64,000 nucleotides of DNA from the human T2T-CHM13v2.0 reference genome, Homo sapiens, in NCBI RefSeq assembly GCF_009914755.1, contig NC_060943.1; one strand, given 5' to 3'. This document shows positions 1-21,201 of this stretch, one piece after another; the first letter of the stretch is position 1; each line of letters begins with the position of its first letter. The position numbers and the translations under genes were made by a program. The notes below the pieces were generated by a model, which worked only from the letters and a program-made list of their open reading frames with translations, was not told the DNA's origin and searched no databases.

Positions 1-500
1 CTCCCAGATTCACGCCATTCTCCTGCCTCAGCCTCCCGAGTAGCTGGGACTACAGGGGCCTGCCACCACGCCCAGCTAATTTTTATATTTTTAATAGAGA
101 CGTGGTTTCACCGTGTTAGCCAGGATGGTCTCAATCTCCTGACCTCGTGATCTGCCTGCCTTGGCCTCCCAAAGTGCTGGGTTTACAGGCGTGAGCCACC
201 ACAGCTGGCCCTTTTTTTTTTTTGAGATGGAGTCTCACTCTGTCCCCCAGGCTGGAGTGCAGTGCTGCAATCTCAGCTCACTACAACCTCCGCCTGCTAG
301 GTTCAAGTGATTCTCCTGCCTCAGCCTCCTGAATAGCTGGGATTACGGGGGCCCGCCACCACGCCCGGCTAATTTTTGTATTTTTAGTAGAGACGGGGTT
401 TCACCATGTTGGCCAGGCTGGTCTCAAACTCCTGACCTCGTGATCCGCCCTCCTCGGCCTCCGAAAGTGTTGGAATTACAGGCGTGAGCCATTGCGCCCA
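1..500 (-). mobile_element. Two antisense Alu elements
   Basis: Reverse-complement Alu consensus with T tail at about 212-222. Confidence 0.9.
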
Positions 501-917
501 GGGATTTTAGAACCTCATTCATTCGTTATTCAGCAAGTACTGAGCATCTACTAGGTACCAATCTCTCTTGCAGATACTGAGGGTACAGGTTGTGAGCAAA
601 ACAGACAGAAGATCCCTGCCCTCGTGGCGCTGGCAGTCAGTTTCCAGGAGGATGTGATATATCTAGTGTGTGAGATGGTGAGAAGCACTATGCAGACAGA
701 GAACGTAACAGGGCAAAAGGGCGGAAGAGCAGTCAACCAGGGAGGGGAGACGAGGTGGCAGCTGAGGTGGAGTATCTCGGGGTAAAAGAACCCCCCGAGG
801 AGTGTGCCCCACAAGAAGCTAAAAGTGGTGGGTTTGCTTGAGACCGAGTCCTCACTCTGTCACCCAGGCTGGAGTGCAGTGGCGCAATCTCAGCTCACTG
901 CAACCTCCACCTCCTGA

Positions 918-1118
<201 letters not shown>

Positions 1119-1228
1119 TAATCCTCCAAATCCAGTAGTGCTCAGATGCCATCCTAAATGGAGGATTGGAGGGGAGCCTCCCTTAGAAGGAAGATCTGGG
1201 CCCCTGGAAGCCACAGGACTGCTCCTTA

Positions 1229-2232
<1,004 letters not shown>

Positions 2233-3809
2233 TCAGGTCTCCTCCTCCAGGAAGCTCTTCTTTCGTTCATCGTCCCTCCCTCCTTCAGACAGGTCAAGCC
2301 TCTTCAGGTTCCTCCCATACCACCCCTACTCCGTCTTCCAGGCATTCTTGGTGATAATTATTTGTGCAATATTTGTACCCCCTGCAATCTGGATGTCAAC
2401 CCTGGAAAACAAGCACCTGATTTGTCCTGTTACTTCTGCAGCATCCACACTTAGCAACATTCATTCACTTGGCAGTGTTTACTGAGCACCTACTACATGC
2501 TAGGCCCTGTTGTAGGTGCTGGGGATACAGTAGGGGAAAAACACAGACAAACCTCAGGGCTGGAGAGGGCAGACCCTCTAGCACCCAGGACCTGTTTGTT
2601 GAGTAACTATTTGTTTTTTGGATTTGACCTATAAGATGTGAAAGAACAGCCAGATTCTTCCAGGTTCTGCCTTTTCCTGATCCCTCCCTCTCTCCCTACT
2701 ACCAAATCCCTTCCATTTTAAAATTTTAAATCCTGGTGGGGCACAGTGGCTCACGCCTATAATCCCAGCAGTTTGGGAGGCTAAGGTAGGCAGATCACCT
2801 GAGGTCGGGAGTTCGAGGCCAGCCTGGCCAAGATGGTGAAACCCTGTCTCTACTCAAAATACAAAAATTAGCTGAGTGTGGTGACATATGCCTGTAATCC
2901 CAGCTACTCGGGAGGTTGAGGCAGAATTGCTTGAACCCAGAGGCAGAGGTTGCAGGGAGCCAAGATGGCGCCACTACACTCTGGCCTGGGTGATACAGCG
3001 AGAATGTGTTTCAAAAAAATAAAATCCTAAGACCTATTAGCCTCTTCCCCAACACTCAGTCTCAGTCTTAACCTCTTGTTCTTTTCATTGCCAACTTTTT
3101 GTGTCATTTTGCTGTCTGGTCATCTATCTCTGCTCAGCCCACCACCTTCCCCTCAGGCCTCCTTAGATGAAGTTAAGTCATTCTCTATTTGAAGAACCCG
3201 CAACGGCTCCCACTTGCCACAAAGAGGAAACTAACTTCCTCGGCCCCAGCCTACTTTGCTGTCTCTGCAGTTCACACAGGCCCAAATGGCTTTCCTTGAC
3301 CCTCATTGAGTGGCCTTCCCCCCTTGCCTAGCTAGGAAGGGGCCAGAGCGCTTAACCACCCTGATCCCAACCTTAGTGCCTTTGGGGGCCAGGCGGGTGA
3401 TAAGTCCCAGCACCTGGGGAATCTGGAGGAGCCGGAAGGGAGTGTGCCTTGTGGGAGGGGGGTGATGTCCTTCCTCAGCCCCACCCAGCTGTTGCCCCCA
3501 GGAGCCACATATCCGGACTTCTGTCTGGAGCTTTAGACAGCAATCTCCAGGCCTTCTGTGTGGGCTGCTACTTCCCAACTGAAATAACACTCTGTGGGCC
3601 AAAGCAAACATGCACCACAGTCAGATCTGGCCTGCAGCAGGCGGCTGACCCCTGCTGCTCTGCTCACCTGGGCCACGCCCCGTGAACATCCCCCATGAGC
3701 AAGTCCTTCCCTGGAACTGGCACAAGGGACCCTGGAGGGTGGCTGAAACATCCCCATTTTACAGATGGAGGAAGTTGGGCTTGGAGACAAGGCTGCCAGC
3801 TGGAAAGGG

Positions 3810-4881
<1,072 letters not shown>

Positions 4882-4923
4882 AGTTGGGTGGGGGTGGCCC
4901 CTCTGGACTGGAAAAGCCTCATT

Positions 4924-4997
4924 TTTCCCCCAAGTGACACACCTGAGTTTGTTTGACTTGTTTCCCCCAAGTGACACACCTGAGTTTGTGGGACTTG
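4924..4997. repeat. 37-bp tandem duplication (2 copies, 2 mismatches)
   Basis: tttcccccaagtgacacacctgagtttgt(tt/gg)gacttg x2. Confidence 0.95.
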
Positions 4998-5270
4998 TGT
5001 GGAGATGATGTATTTATGTCACACTTCAGTCTTCACTGATGGCTTTTTTTTTTATATTTATTTACATTTTTTCTTTTAAGGTAGGCAGGGCCTCATTCTA
5101 TCGCCCATGTTGGAGTGCAGTGGCGAGGTCTCTGGGTTCAAGTGATTCCCCTTCCTCAGCCTCCCAAGTAGCTGGGAATACAGGGGCCCGCCACCACGCC
5201 CAGCTAATTTTTGTATTTTTGGTAGAGACGGGGTTTCACCATATTGGCCAGGCTGGTCTCGAACTCCTGA

Positions 5271-5597
<327 letters not shown>

Positions 5598-6395
5598 TGA
5601 GCCTCCTGCCTCGGCCTCCCAAAGTGCTGGGATTACAGGTGTGAGCCACCACACCTGGCCTTATTTTATTTTTAATTTCTGTTCTTGTATTGCTATAATT
5701 TACTGATGATTTCTTACCCAAAGATCCTCGGCCTGTCCCCACCCAAGGGGACTGCCTTCCACCGGGGACCCCTCATAAGAGTTACTCATTAGGATGGTGT
5801 TCCCTGGGGTTCCTGTGTGTATGACGCCAGGGCCTGTGCACCGCCTCCATGGCCCATCTCCATCAGACAGAGCTGGGCAGTGGTGTTGGCCCTCGAAATG
5901 AGGCTTGTGCCCTGGCCTTTCCTGGCCTGGGGGCTGAGTGCCAAGGCCACCTGTAATTAAACTGAGCTTCCTATGTTTACTTAGCAAGCACTGACCTCTC
6001 ATTTCCTGGGGCCCTATGCTGAGTGTTCCACAGCTATTCTTTAATCTTTAAACAGCCCTTGGGACGCAGGCACTATTATTAACCTCACATCACAGCTGGG
6101 GAAACTGAGGCACAGAGAGGTTAAGTGGCCTGCACAAGGTCGCAGAGCCAGGATTCAAACCCATGAACTATGGGCCACTCAGTCGCCATGCTGTACTGCC
6201 GTGCACAGCAGAGGAAGATTTGTTCTTGTTCTTGTTTATATTAAAAGTGAGAAAACATGGGCCACACGCCGTGGCTCACGCCTGTAATCCCAGCACTTTG
6301 GGAGGCCAAGGCGGGTGGATCACCTGAGGTCAGGAGTTTGAAACCAGCCTGACCAACATGGTGAACTCTGGTCTCTACTAAAAATTCAAAAATCA

Positions 6396-7687
<1,292 letters not shown>

Positions 7688-7689
7688 CT

Positions 7690-10315
<2,626 letters not shown>

Positions 10316-10756
10316 AAACTTAGGGCCAAGGGGGGAGCTGATCATTTGAGGTCAGGAGTTCGAGACCAGCCTGGCCAACGTGGTGAAAGCCCATCTCTAC
10401 TAAAAATACAAAAATTAGCCAGGCATGGTGGCGGGCGCCTGTAATCCCAGCTACTCAGGAGGCTGAGGCACAAGAATCCCTTGAACCAGGGATGGAGGTT
10501 GCAGTGACCAAGATTGCTCCACTGCACCCCAGCCTGGGCAACAGAGCGAGACTCAGTCTCAAAAAAAAAAAAGAAACTTGAGAAAAAATGCTATGTAGGA
10601 GGTCTGTAGGTTTCATAGGAAGGTGAGAGAAAGTATATTACTGAGGGGGGATGAAGACAATACTCAGCCTTTAAATGTTTTAAAATGTATTTTATGAAAG
10701 TTTTTTTTTATTGATTTATTTTCAGAGGATTCCCCCCCCCCCAAAAAAAAATCTTA

Positions 10757-11107
<351 letters not shown>

Positions 11108-11352
11108 TCACTCTGTTGCCCAGGCTGTTCTTGAACTCCTAGGCTCAAGCATTCCTCCCACCTTGGCCTCCCAAAGTGCTGAGATTGAAGTCTTGAGCCA
11201 CTACCCTGGCCATCATGTCAACTTTTAAACATACAAATATAGGTAAGAATGGCCTGGTGGCCGGGCGCGGTGGCTCACGCCTGTAATCCCAGCACTTTGG
11301 GAGGCTGAGGCAAGCGGATCACGAGGTCAGGAGATTGAGACCATCCTGGCTA

Positions 11353-11642
<290 letters not shown>

Positions 11643-11990
11643 TTAGGAGTAACTTGAGATCATGACATTGCGACTTCATATCTTCTGGGAAAAATAGTGT
11701 GTGCACAGCCACAATTTAATTATCACACCTCGGAACATGAACAGCAATTCCAAAATCATATGTAATATGAACTCATAGTACACGTTATAGTTGTATAATA
11801 GAATAGTCATTTTAGTCTTCCCTAAAATGTCTTTTCCAGGTGGCTTTTTTGGAATCAGGATGCTGCGAAGCTGCCTACGTTGCATGCGGAGCCTGCATTT
11901 CCCGTGGGGCCCCCTTCGTGGTGGCCCTGCCTGGAGGTGTCTGGGTCCCTCCCCCACCCGACTACTTCACTCTCTGTCCTCTCTGCCCAG

Positions 11991-12380
11991 GAGCCCAGGA
12001 TGTGCGAGTTCAAGTGCTACCCGAGGTGCGAGGCCAGCTCGGGGGCACCGTGGAGCTGCCGTGCCACCTGCTGCCACCTGTTCCTGGACTGTACATCTCC
12101 CTGGTGACCTGGCAGCGCCCAGATGCACCTGCGAACCACCAGAATGTGGCCGCCTTCCACCCTAAGATGGGTCCCAGCTTCCCCAGCCCGAAGCCTGGCA
12201 GCGAGCGGCTGTCCTTCGTCTCTGCCAAGCAGAGCACTGGGCAAGACACAGAGGCAGAGCTCCAGGACGCCACGCTGGCCCTCCACGGGCTCACGGTGGA
12301 GGACGAGGGCAACTACACTTGCGAGTTTGCCACCTTCCCCAAGGGGTCCGTCCGAGGGATGACCTGGCTCAGAGTCATAG
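11991..12380 (+). CDS. NECTIN2: Nectin-2 exon 2 (Ig V-type domain); exon 1 lies upstream of the window
   Basis: ctctgcccag|GAGCCC acceptor and ATAG|gtgagc donor; 390 nt; encodes AQDVRVQVLPEVRGQLGGTVELPCHLL...DEGNYTCEFATFPKGSVRGMTWLRVI with both Ig cysteines. Confidence 0.98.
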
Positions 12381-12938
12381 GTGAGCAGGGTAAGGGCGGG
12401 AGGCAAGGAGGTGGGAGGGCCGCGGTGTGGGAGCATCCCCTTGCGGGTCAGTTTCTCTCTTGGCTTCAGCTGTGAGGTTCACATTCTCTGTGGGTTTCCA
12501 TCCATCAGCAAATGTTCATTAAGCACCTACCGCGTGCCAGATGCTTTTCTGTGTGCTGAGGATGTGGCAGGCAACCAGGCATTCTTGGGAAAAACAAAAA
12601 AATAAGTATTGGCTGGGCGCAGTGGCCCACCCCTGTAATCCTAGCACTTTGGAAGGCCGAGATGGGCAGATCGCCTGAGGTCAGGAGTTCAAGACCAGCC
12701 TGGCCAACATGGTGAAACCCTGTCTCTACGAAAAATAAAAAATTAGCTGGGTGTGGTGGCCCGTGCCTATAATCCCAGATACTCAGGAGGCTGAGTCAGG
12801 AGAATCGCTTGAACCCAGGAGGCAGAGGTTGCAGTGAGCCGAGATTGTGCCACCACTGCACTCTAGTCTGGGTGACAGAGCAAGACTCGGTCTAAAAAAA
12901 AAAAAAGTATTGAGGTTGGGTGTGGTGGCTCACGACTA

Positions 12939-13085
<147 letters not shown>

Positions 13086-13790
13086 CTACACTCTAGCCTG
13101 GGTGACAGAGTGAGGCCCTATCTCTAATAAATAAATAAAAGAGTAAGTCAGGCAGTTAAAGGGGCCATGGAAGTTGGAGAGGGCCAAGTTGCAATTCTAG
13201 CTAAGGAGGTCTGGGGATATTTAGGCAGAAACTAGGAGAGGAGGAGCCCTCTGGGTATCTAAGGGAAGAGCGTTCCAGGCAGACGGAATGGCAAGTACAA
13301 AGGCCCTGAGACAGGAATACCTGGAGTATTTGAGGGCCAGGAAGGAAGTCAGGGTGGCTGGAGACATATGAGTGGGGGAAAGTAGGAAGCAATAAAGTCA
13401 AGGAGAGGATGGGGACAGATTGGCAAAAGCCTTGTGGACTATAAGAAGCCTTTGGCTTTTGCCCAGGGAGGATAAGAGCTGTAGTAGGTTCTTAGCAGCA
13501 GACAGGTTTGATCTGGCTTGGGTTCTCACCAGCTCCTCCTGGCTGTGTTGGGAGGGGAAAGAATGGGAGCTGAGAAACCACAGGGTAAGGCAACTACAAA
13601 GTCCGGGTGGGGCCGGGTGCTGTGGCTCACGCCCATAACCCCAGCACTCAGGGAGGCCGAGGTGGGAGGATCCCTTGAGCCTAGGAATTTGAGACCATCC
13701 TAGGCAACATAGTAAGACTCTTGTCTCAATGACAAAAAAAATTTTTTTTTTTTTTGAGACAGAGTTTTGCTCTTGTTACCCAGGCTGTAG

Positions 13791-13898
<108 letters not shown>

Positions 13899-13901
13899 TA
13901 G

Positions 13902-14066
<165 letters not shown>

Positions 14067-15158
14067 TTAACCAGGCTCAGTGACTTACCTGTAATTTCAG
14101 CTACTCGAGAGGCTGAGGTGGGAGGATCACCTGAGACCAGGAGGTTGAGGCTGCAGTGAGCTGTGATTGTGCTACTGCACTCCATCCTGGACAAGAGAGC
14201 GAGACCCTGTCTTAAAACAAGTCCAGTCCGGGCAGGAAGTAAAACGGCTTAGAAGTAGGGGACATAGTGGCCTCATTGAGATAGGATGTGCAGGGAAGGC
14301 GTCTTAGTCAAGTCCTAGAGTCTGAGAAGGAGCTACCTTTGGGCATAGCAGAGGGGCACGGGCACAGAAACCTGGGAGGTGGGCATGAGATGGGAGCTGG
14401 GCGCGTTCCAGGAATGGAAAGGGGGCTGGTGAGGATAGGCAAGGGCTTGGGTGACCCTCAGCGGGGCCACATTACACGGGCTTCACAGGTGGAGGCGAGG
14501 AGGCTGGACTATGCCCTCAGCATGGTTAAGAGCCATGGGAGGTGTCAAGCCACAGGAGAGATCTGGACAAACGTTTGAGGTTGCAAAAAATGACCGGCAG
14601 CAGTATGAGGAGTGATTGGAGGAGTGGACGAAGGTAGAAGGGAGCTGGGACGAGAGGGGAGAAGAGGCATTGCTGGGAAGACGGATGAGGCAGTGGGGGG
14701 CAGAGGGAAGCGGGCGGCATATAGTGGTGTTTTTAGAAGATAGTAGGTGCTGGGCTTGCCCATGGATTGAGGGGGAAGCAGGATCAGAGAGGAGTCCCAG
14801 GCCTGGTGCGGTGGCTCACGCCTGTAATCCCAGCACTTTAGGAGGCCAAGGTGGGCAGATCGCTTTGAGGTCAGGAGTTTCAGACCACTCTGGGCAACAT
14901 GGTGAGGCCCCATCTCTACAAGAAAAAAAAAAATTAGCTGGGCATGGTAGCACACACCTGTAGTCCCAGCTACCCAAGAGGCTGAGGTGGGAGGATCGCT
15001 TGGGCCTGGGAAGCAGAGATTGCAAGTGAGCCAAGATTGCACCACTGCACTCCAGCGCGAGACCCTGTCTCAAAAAAAAAAAAAAAAAAATAGGACTCCC
15101 AGCGGGAAGGTGACTGATACTTGGCAAAAATAGAGAAGGCAGGGAAGATTTTTTTTGA

Positions 15159-15341
<183 letters not shown>

Positions 15342-15486
15342 TAAATCTTGAGGCTGGGCGTGGTGGCTCACTCCTGTAATCCCAGCACTTTGGGAGGCCG
15401 AGGCGGGCGGATCACGAGGTCAGGAAATCGAGACCATCCTGGCTAACACGGTGAAACCCCATCTCTACTAAAAATACAAGAAATTA

Positions 15487-15678
<192 letters not shown>

Positions 15679-16031
15679 CTAGGCAACTTCCCAGAAGCCA
15701 CGTCACTCTGGATGCCTTTTCTTCCCCCTTCTCAGCCCAGAGCGTCTGAGAAGGTCACCCTGTGCTATCCTTGAGTAAACACTTCCCTTTCCAGTAACAC
15801 ATGAAACCACAGCCGTTGTCCATAATACAAAGGACAGCTCTTCTCCTCCCCACCCTCACAAACGCCTCTCTTCTTGTGCAATCATTTGTTCTCATCCAGA
15901 GATAACTTCAGGGCTGGGCACGGTGGCTCACACCTGTAATCCCAGCACTTTGGGAGGCTGAGAGGCAACAAGAGCAAAACTCTGTCTCAAAATAAATAAA
16001 TAAATAATGAGACTCAGAAAATATGATTAAG

Positions 16032-16360
<329 letters not shown>

Positions 16361-17402
16361 TTAATCAAGCCCAAAGCTTGAGGATGACCACCTGGGAGCA
16401 TAGATTGAAGTTGCCCTGAATATATACTTCAAGCAGGGGCCAAGGCAAGCAGCTCTTGCAAGTGAGCTTTTGTTTGTTTGTTTGTTTCTTGGAGAGAGGG
16501 TCTCCAAAACTACAAATAAAAATTAGCTAGGAATGGTGGCGCACACCTGTAATCCCAGCTACTCAGGAGGCTAAGGCAGGCGAATTGCTGAAACCAGCAA
16601 GGGCAGGTTGCAGTAAGCTGAGATTGCACCACTGCACTGCATCCTGGGTGACAGCAAGACTCTGTCTCAAATTAATAAAAAAAAAAGAGAGAGAGAGAGA
16701 TAACCTCAAGAGCTTCCGTATACACACTGGTGCAGAAGTAAGGAACAAAACAGCCAAAGCCTCTGTCTTCATGATGCGTGAGCCACCAAGGAATAGTTGG
16801 CCAGAGTCGGCGGTCAGGAAAGTGCCCTTGACGAAGTGGGGCTTGGAGTGGGGTCTGGAGAAGGAGGCCAAAGCAATCCAGGCACAAAATCACCAACCAA
16901 AACCCCAAAGTGGGTGGAGGCAGAGACTGAGGAGGGCGTGGATGGGGAGCATGTGGAGTGGCCAGGGGAGGTGGCCATGGGGAAGTGGTGGGCTCGGGCC
17001 CTGAGTCACTATTCTAACAGCTTGGAGGGCGGCCAGGAGGATGTGGGGAGGCTTGTTGGATGCTCCACGATGGTCAGGGGAGAAGGCGGTGGGAAGGGAG
17101 AGCTGGGAAGAAGAGGAGAGTCAGACCGTGTTGAGAAGTTCAGAGGTGGATACCCAGGTCCAGAAAGCAACAGAAGATGTGAGTCTGGGTGGGGGACACA
17201 CATCATAAGCATGAGCTGCTATTCTTCCTGGAGTTTTGTTTTTGTGATTTTTTTCCATGTTTTCCAAGAGAATGAGGTGGAAAGGGTATAAAAAAAAGAA
17301 ACGGCTTTGAGATTTTCTGCCTTTATCACACTTCCAGTCATTCAATCATCTAATGGTGATTACAGGAAAAGGAACAGGGGGCCTTTCCAGCTGGACCTTT
17401 GA

Positions 17403-17825
<423 letters not shown>

Positions 17826-18575
17826 TGATCCACCCTCCTCAGCCTCCTAAAGTGCTGGTATTGCAGGTGTGAACCACCACGCCCGACCAGCTTTTTTTTA
17901 AATCTCAGCCTCCTCTAGGCTTTTGGACCCTGTCTCTGCATCTCTGGCAGGGCGAAGAGACAGTATACCGAAATGGCCAGGCCAGGCGCCTGTAACCTCA
18001 GAGCTTTGGGGAGCCGAGGTGGGAAGATGGCTTGTGCTCAGGAGTTTGAGATCAGCCTGGGCAACATAGCAAGAACTCATCTCTACAAAAAAATTTAAAA
18101 ATTAGCCGGGCATGGTGGTGCATGCCTATGGTCCTAGCTACTCTGGAGGCCAAGGCGGGAGGATCACTTGAGCCTAGGAGGTGCAGGCTGCAGCAAGCTA
18201 TGATCACACCACTGCACTCGAGACCAGGTGACAGAGCGGGCCCCTGTCTCTAAAAAATAAATAAAGTAAAATAAAATGGGCAACACTTGGATAGGGCAGT
18301 GCAGGCCAGACATTACCCTAAGCCATTTACCTATCAATGTATTATTTAATTCACACAGCAATCCTAGGGGTGGGTACTTTCATTATCCCCATTTTACAAA
18401 ACAAGAAACAGCTACAGAGTTGCAAAACCACTTATCCCAAGCCAGGCCGCTGATAAGCAGCAGAGCTGGGATTGGAACCCCGGCAGTTAGGGCCTAACCA
18501 CCCTGCTCCTCTGCTGAGTGTTTGTTGAATGACTGCCGGTGAGGAGTGACGCACCCCCTCTCCTCCTCTCCCCAG

Positions 18576-18872
18576 CCAAGCCCAAGAACCAAGCTGAGGC
18601 CCAGAAGGTCACGTTCAGCCAGGACCCTACGACAGTGGCCCTCTGCATCTCCAAAGAGGGCCGCCCACCTGCCCGGATCTCCTGGCTCTCATCCCTGGAC
18701 TGGGAAGCCAAAGAGACTCAGGTGTCAGGGACCCTGGCCGGAACTGTCACTGTCACCAGCCGCTTCACCTTGGTGCCCTCGGGCCGAGCAGATGGTGTCA
18801 CGGTCACCTGCAAAGTGGAGCATGAGAGCTTCGAGGAACCAGCCCTGATACCTGTGACCCTCTCTGTACGCT
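18576..18872 (+). CDS. NECTIN2: Nectin-2 exon 3 (Ig C2 domain 1)
   Basis: cccag|CCAAG and CGCT|gtgagt; 297 nt; KPKNQAEAQKVTFSQDPTTVALCISKEGRPP...CKVEHESFEEPALIPVTLSVR. Confidence 0.98.
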
Positions 18873-19496
18873 GTGAGTGTATCGGGGGTGACCCCTCCCC
18901 CATCAAAACTGCCTACACTGGCTTCTCTAAAGCACTGTCTACATTGTCTCTGAATGTTGTCTACGTGGGTTCCCTGAAGCCAAATTCTGCACTACCTTCC
19001 TGCCATTGTCTACACTGGCTCCCATGGGCAAATCTACATACTTCCCCCTCATTGTCTACATTGGCTTTACTGGGTTCCTGCATGCTGTGCCTAGTCTGTG
19101 GTAACCTGGGATGGGCTTGCAAGAGCCAGTTTGATACATTTCTTTCCAATTCCACATCCAATGAAGTCTTCTCGGTAGCTTGAAATCAACCTTGGGGAAT
19201 ATTTACACCAAGGAAATTGGCAAACCCTAGAAATGGGGGCTTCTTTTATTCCCCAGAGAGTTGGTTTACCAGCAAAGAGCTGCCCCCAACAGTGTCTTTT
19301 CTGGCTCCCATGGACCCCGGTTGACACTGCCCCTGGACCGTTAGATCAATCATGCTGGGCCATGTCCACATGTCTACATGTCTACACTGCCCAACCTAAC
19401 ATCGTCTCCACACCTTCCCATACTTCTGCCTTGACTTCCCTAGGTGCCATCTATACTGAGTCTCCCAGAGTCTCTACACCGACCCCTGATCCCTGA

Positions 19497-19655
19497 TATT
19501 ATTTACATTGTATTTATTATTTATTATTTATTATTATATTTTTATATATTATATATTATATAAAATATATAAATTATATATTATATATTAACATATATTT
19601 TGTCATTATTTATTATTGTTATTTAATATAATATAATTACATTATATTATATATT
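19497..19655. repeat. AT-rich low-complexity (TA/TTA) tract
   Basis: About 160 nt of almost pure A/T within a GC-rich intron. Confidence 0.9.
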
Positions 19656-19982
19656 ACATTACAGGCTCCACCCCCCGGGCCCTGTTGATCCTGACCCCTC
19701 CCACTGGGTTTTTTGCTAGCTCTTCCAGAAACTGCCTATACTCACACCTCGTAATGTTACCCAGAGAGGCCACCCTGGCACTCTTCACACAGAATCCCTC
19801 AAATACTGGCTTAACCACCTCTTCCACCACTGTCCAAAATGACCACATATCCCAACTCAATGTTGTCTACACTAGCTCCCCAGGCAATGCCTCCACTTAC
19901 ACAGATTCCCTAAGCCAAGTCTACACCAGCTCCCCCAGGCAACATGCATCACGTGCGCCCATAAGTGCAACAGCTCCCCTGA

Positions 19983-20138
<156 letters not shown>

Positions 20139-20360
20139 TGAGGTCAGGAGTTCGGGACTAGCCTGGGCAACATGGTGAAACCCTGTCTGTACTAAAAATA
20201 CCAAAATTAGCTGGACGTGGTGGTACATGCCTGTAATCCCAGCCATTTGGGAGGCTGAGGCGGAGGGATGGCTTGAGCCCAGGACGTGGAGTTTGCAGTA
20301 AACCAGGATCACCCCACTGCTCTCCATCCTGGGCAACAGAGCAAGATCCTGTCTCAAAAA

Positions 20361-20382
20361 CACACACACACACACACACACA
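20361..20382. repeat. (CA)11 microsatellite in an Alu tail
   Basis: Counted directly. Confidence 0.9.
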
Positions 20383-20638
20383 TTATTTGTAGTGGCTCCC
20401 TTAGGCACTGCCAGCACTGAACAATAACTCCCACAAAATTATCCACAGTGGTTTCCCTGAACAGTGTCTACACTGACATCAGCACACAACAGCCTGGACT
20501 GATTTGCCCCAGACAGTTTTGACTGCTGTACCTCCTGCCAACCCGCCCCGTTTCTTTAGCATTCCTGTCTATCTGCTAACTTGTCCACCCGCTCTGGGAT
20601 TCTCCTCCTTGCTGATCCAGTCCCCCCATTTCCCCCAG

Positions 20639-20756
20639 ACCCTCCTGAAGTGTCCATCTCCGGCTATGATGACAACTGGTACCTCGGCCGTACTGATGCC
20701 ACCCTGAGCTGTGACGTCCGCAGCAACCCAGAGCCCACGGGCTATGACTGGAGCAC
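20639..20756 (+). CDS. NECTIN2: Nectin-2 exon 4 (Ig C2 domain 2, N-terminal half)
   Basis: cccccag|AC and AGCAC|gtgagt; 118 nt; [39 protein letters not shown], read manually because it is absent from the ORF track. Confidence 0.97.
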
Positions 20757-20778
20757 GTGAGTCACGTGGTCTCAGAAC

Positions 20779-20890
20779 CCTGGGTCTGAGGGAGGCGGGG
20801 CTGGGGGCCTGGACTCCTGGATCTAAGGGAGGAGGGGCTGGGGGCCTGGACTCCTGGATCTGAGGGAGGAGGGGCTGGGCCTAAATTCCT
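20779..20890. repeat. MSR1-type 37-bp minisatellite, about 3 units (NECTIN2 intron 4)
   Basis: cctgg(g/a)tct(g/a)agggagg(a/c)ggggctgggggcctggact repeated. Confidence 0.85.
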
Positions 20891-21052
20891 AAGTCCTCCA
20901 GGATGAAGGGAGCTTGCATTTTGGCAATTTGGAGTCTCCGGGAGTACTTAGGTCCCTGGAGCTTGGCTCCTGGTGGGTGTATCTTTAGGGATGAGGCCTG
21001 TGCTCCCCTCTCGACCTTGGTATCCCTCTCACCTGACCCCACACCCCTCCAG

Positions 21053-21201
21053 GACCTCAGGCACCTTCCCGACCTCCGCAGTGGCCCAGGGCTCCCAGCT
21101 GGTCATCCACGCAGTGGACAGTCTGTTCAATACCACCTTCGTCTGCACAGTCACCAATGCCGTGGGCATGGGCCGCGCTGAGCAGGTCATCTTTGTCCGA
21201 G
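21053..21201 (+). CDS. NECTIN2: Nectin-2 exon 5 (last common exon)
   Basis: ctccag|GACC and CGAG|gtgagt; 149 nt; TSGTFPTSAVAQGSQLVIHAVDSLFNTTFVCTVTNAVGMGRAEQVIFVR. Confidence 0.98.
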
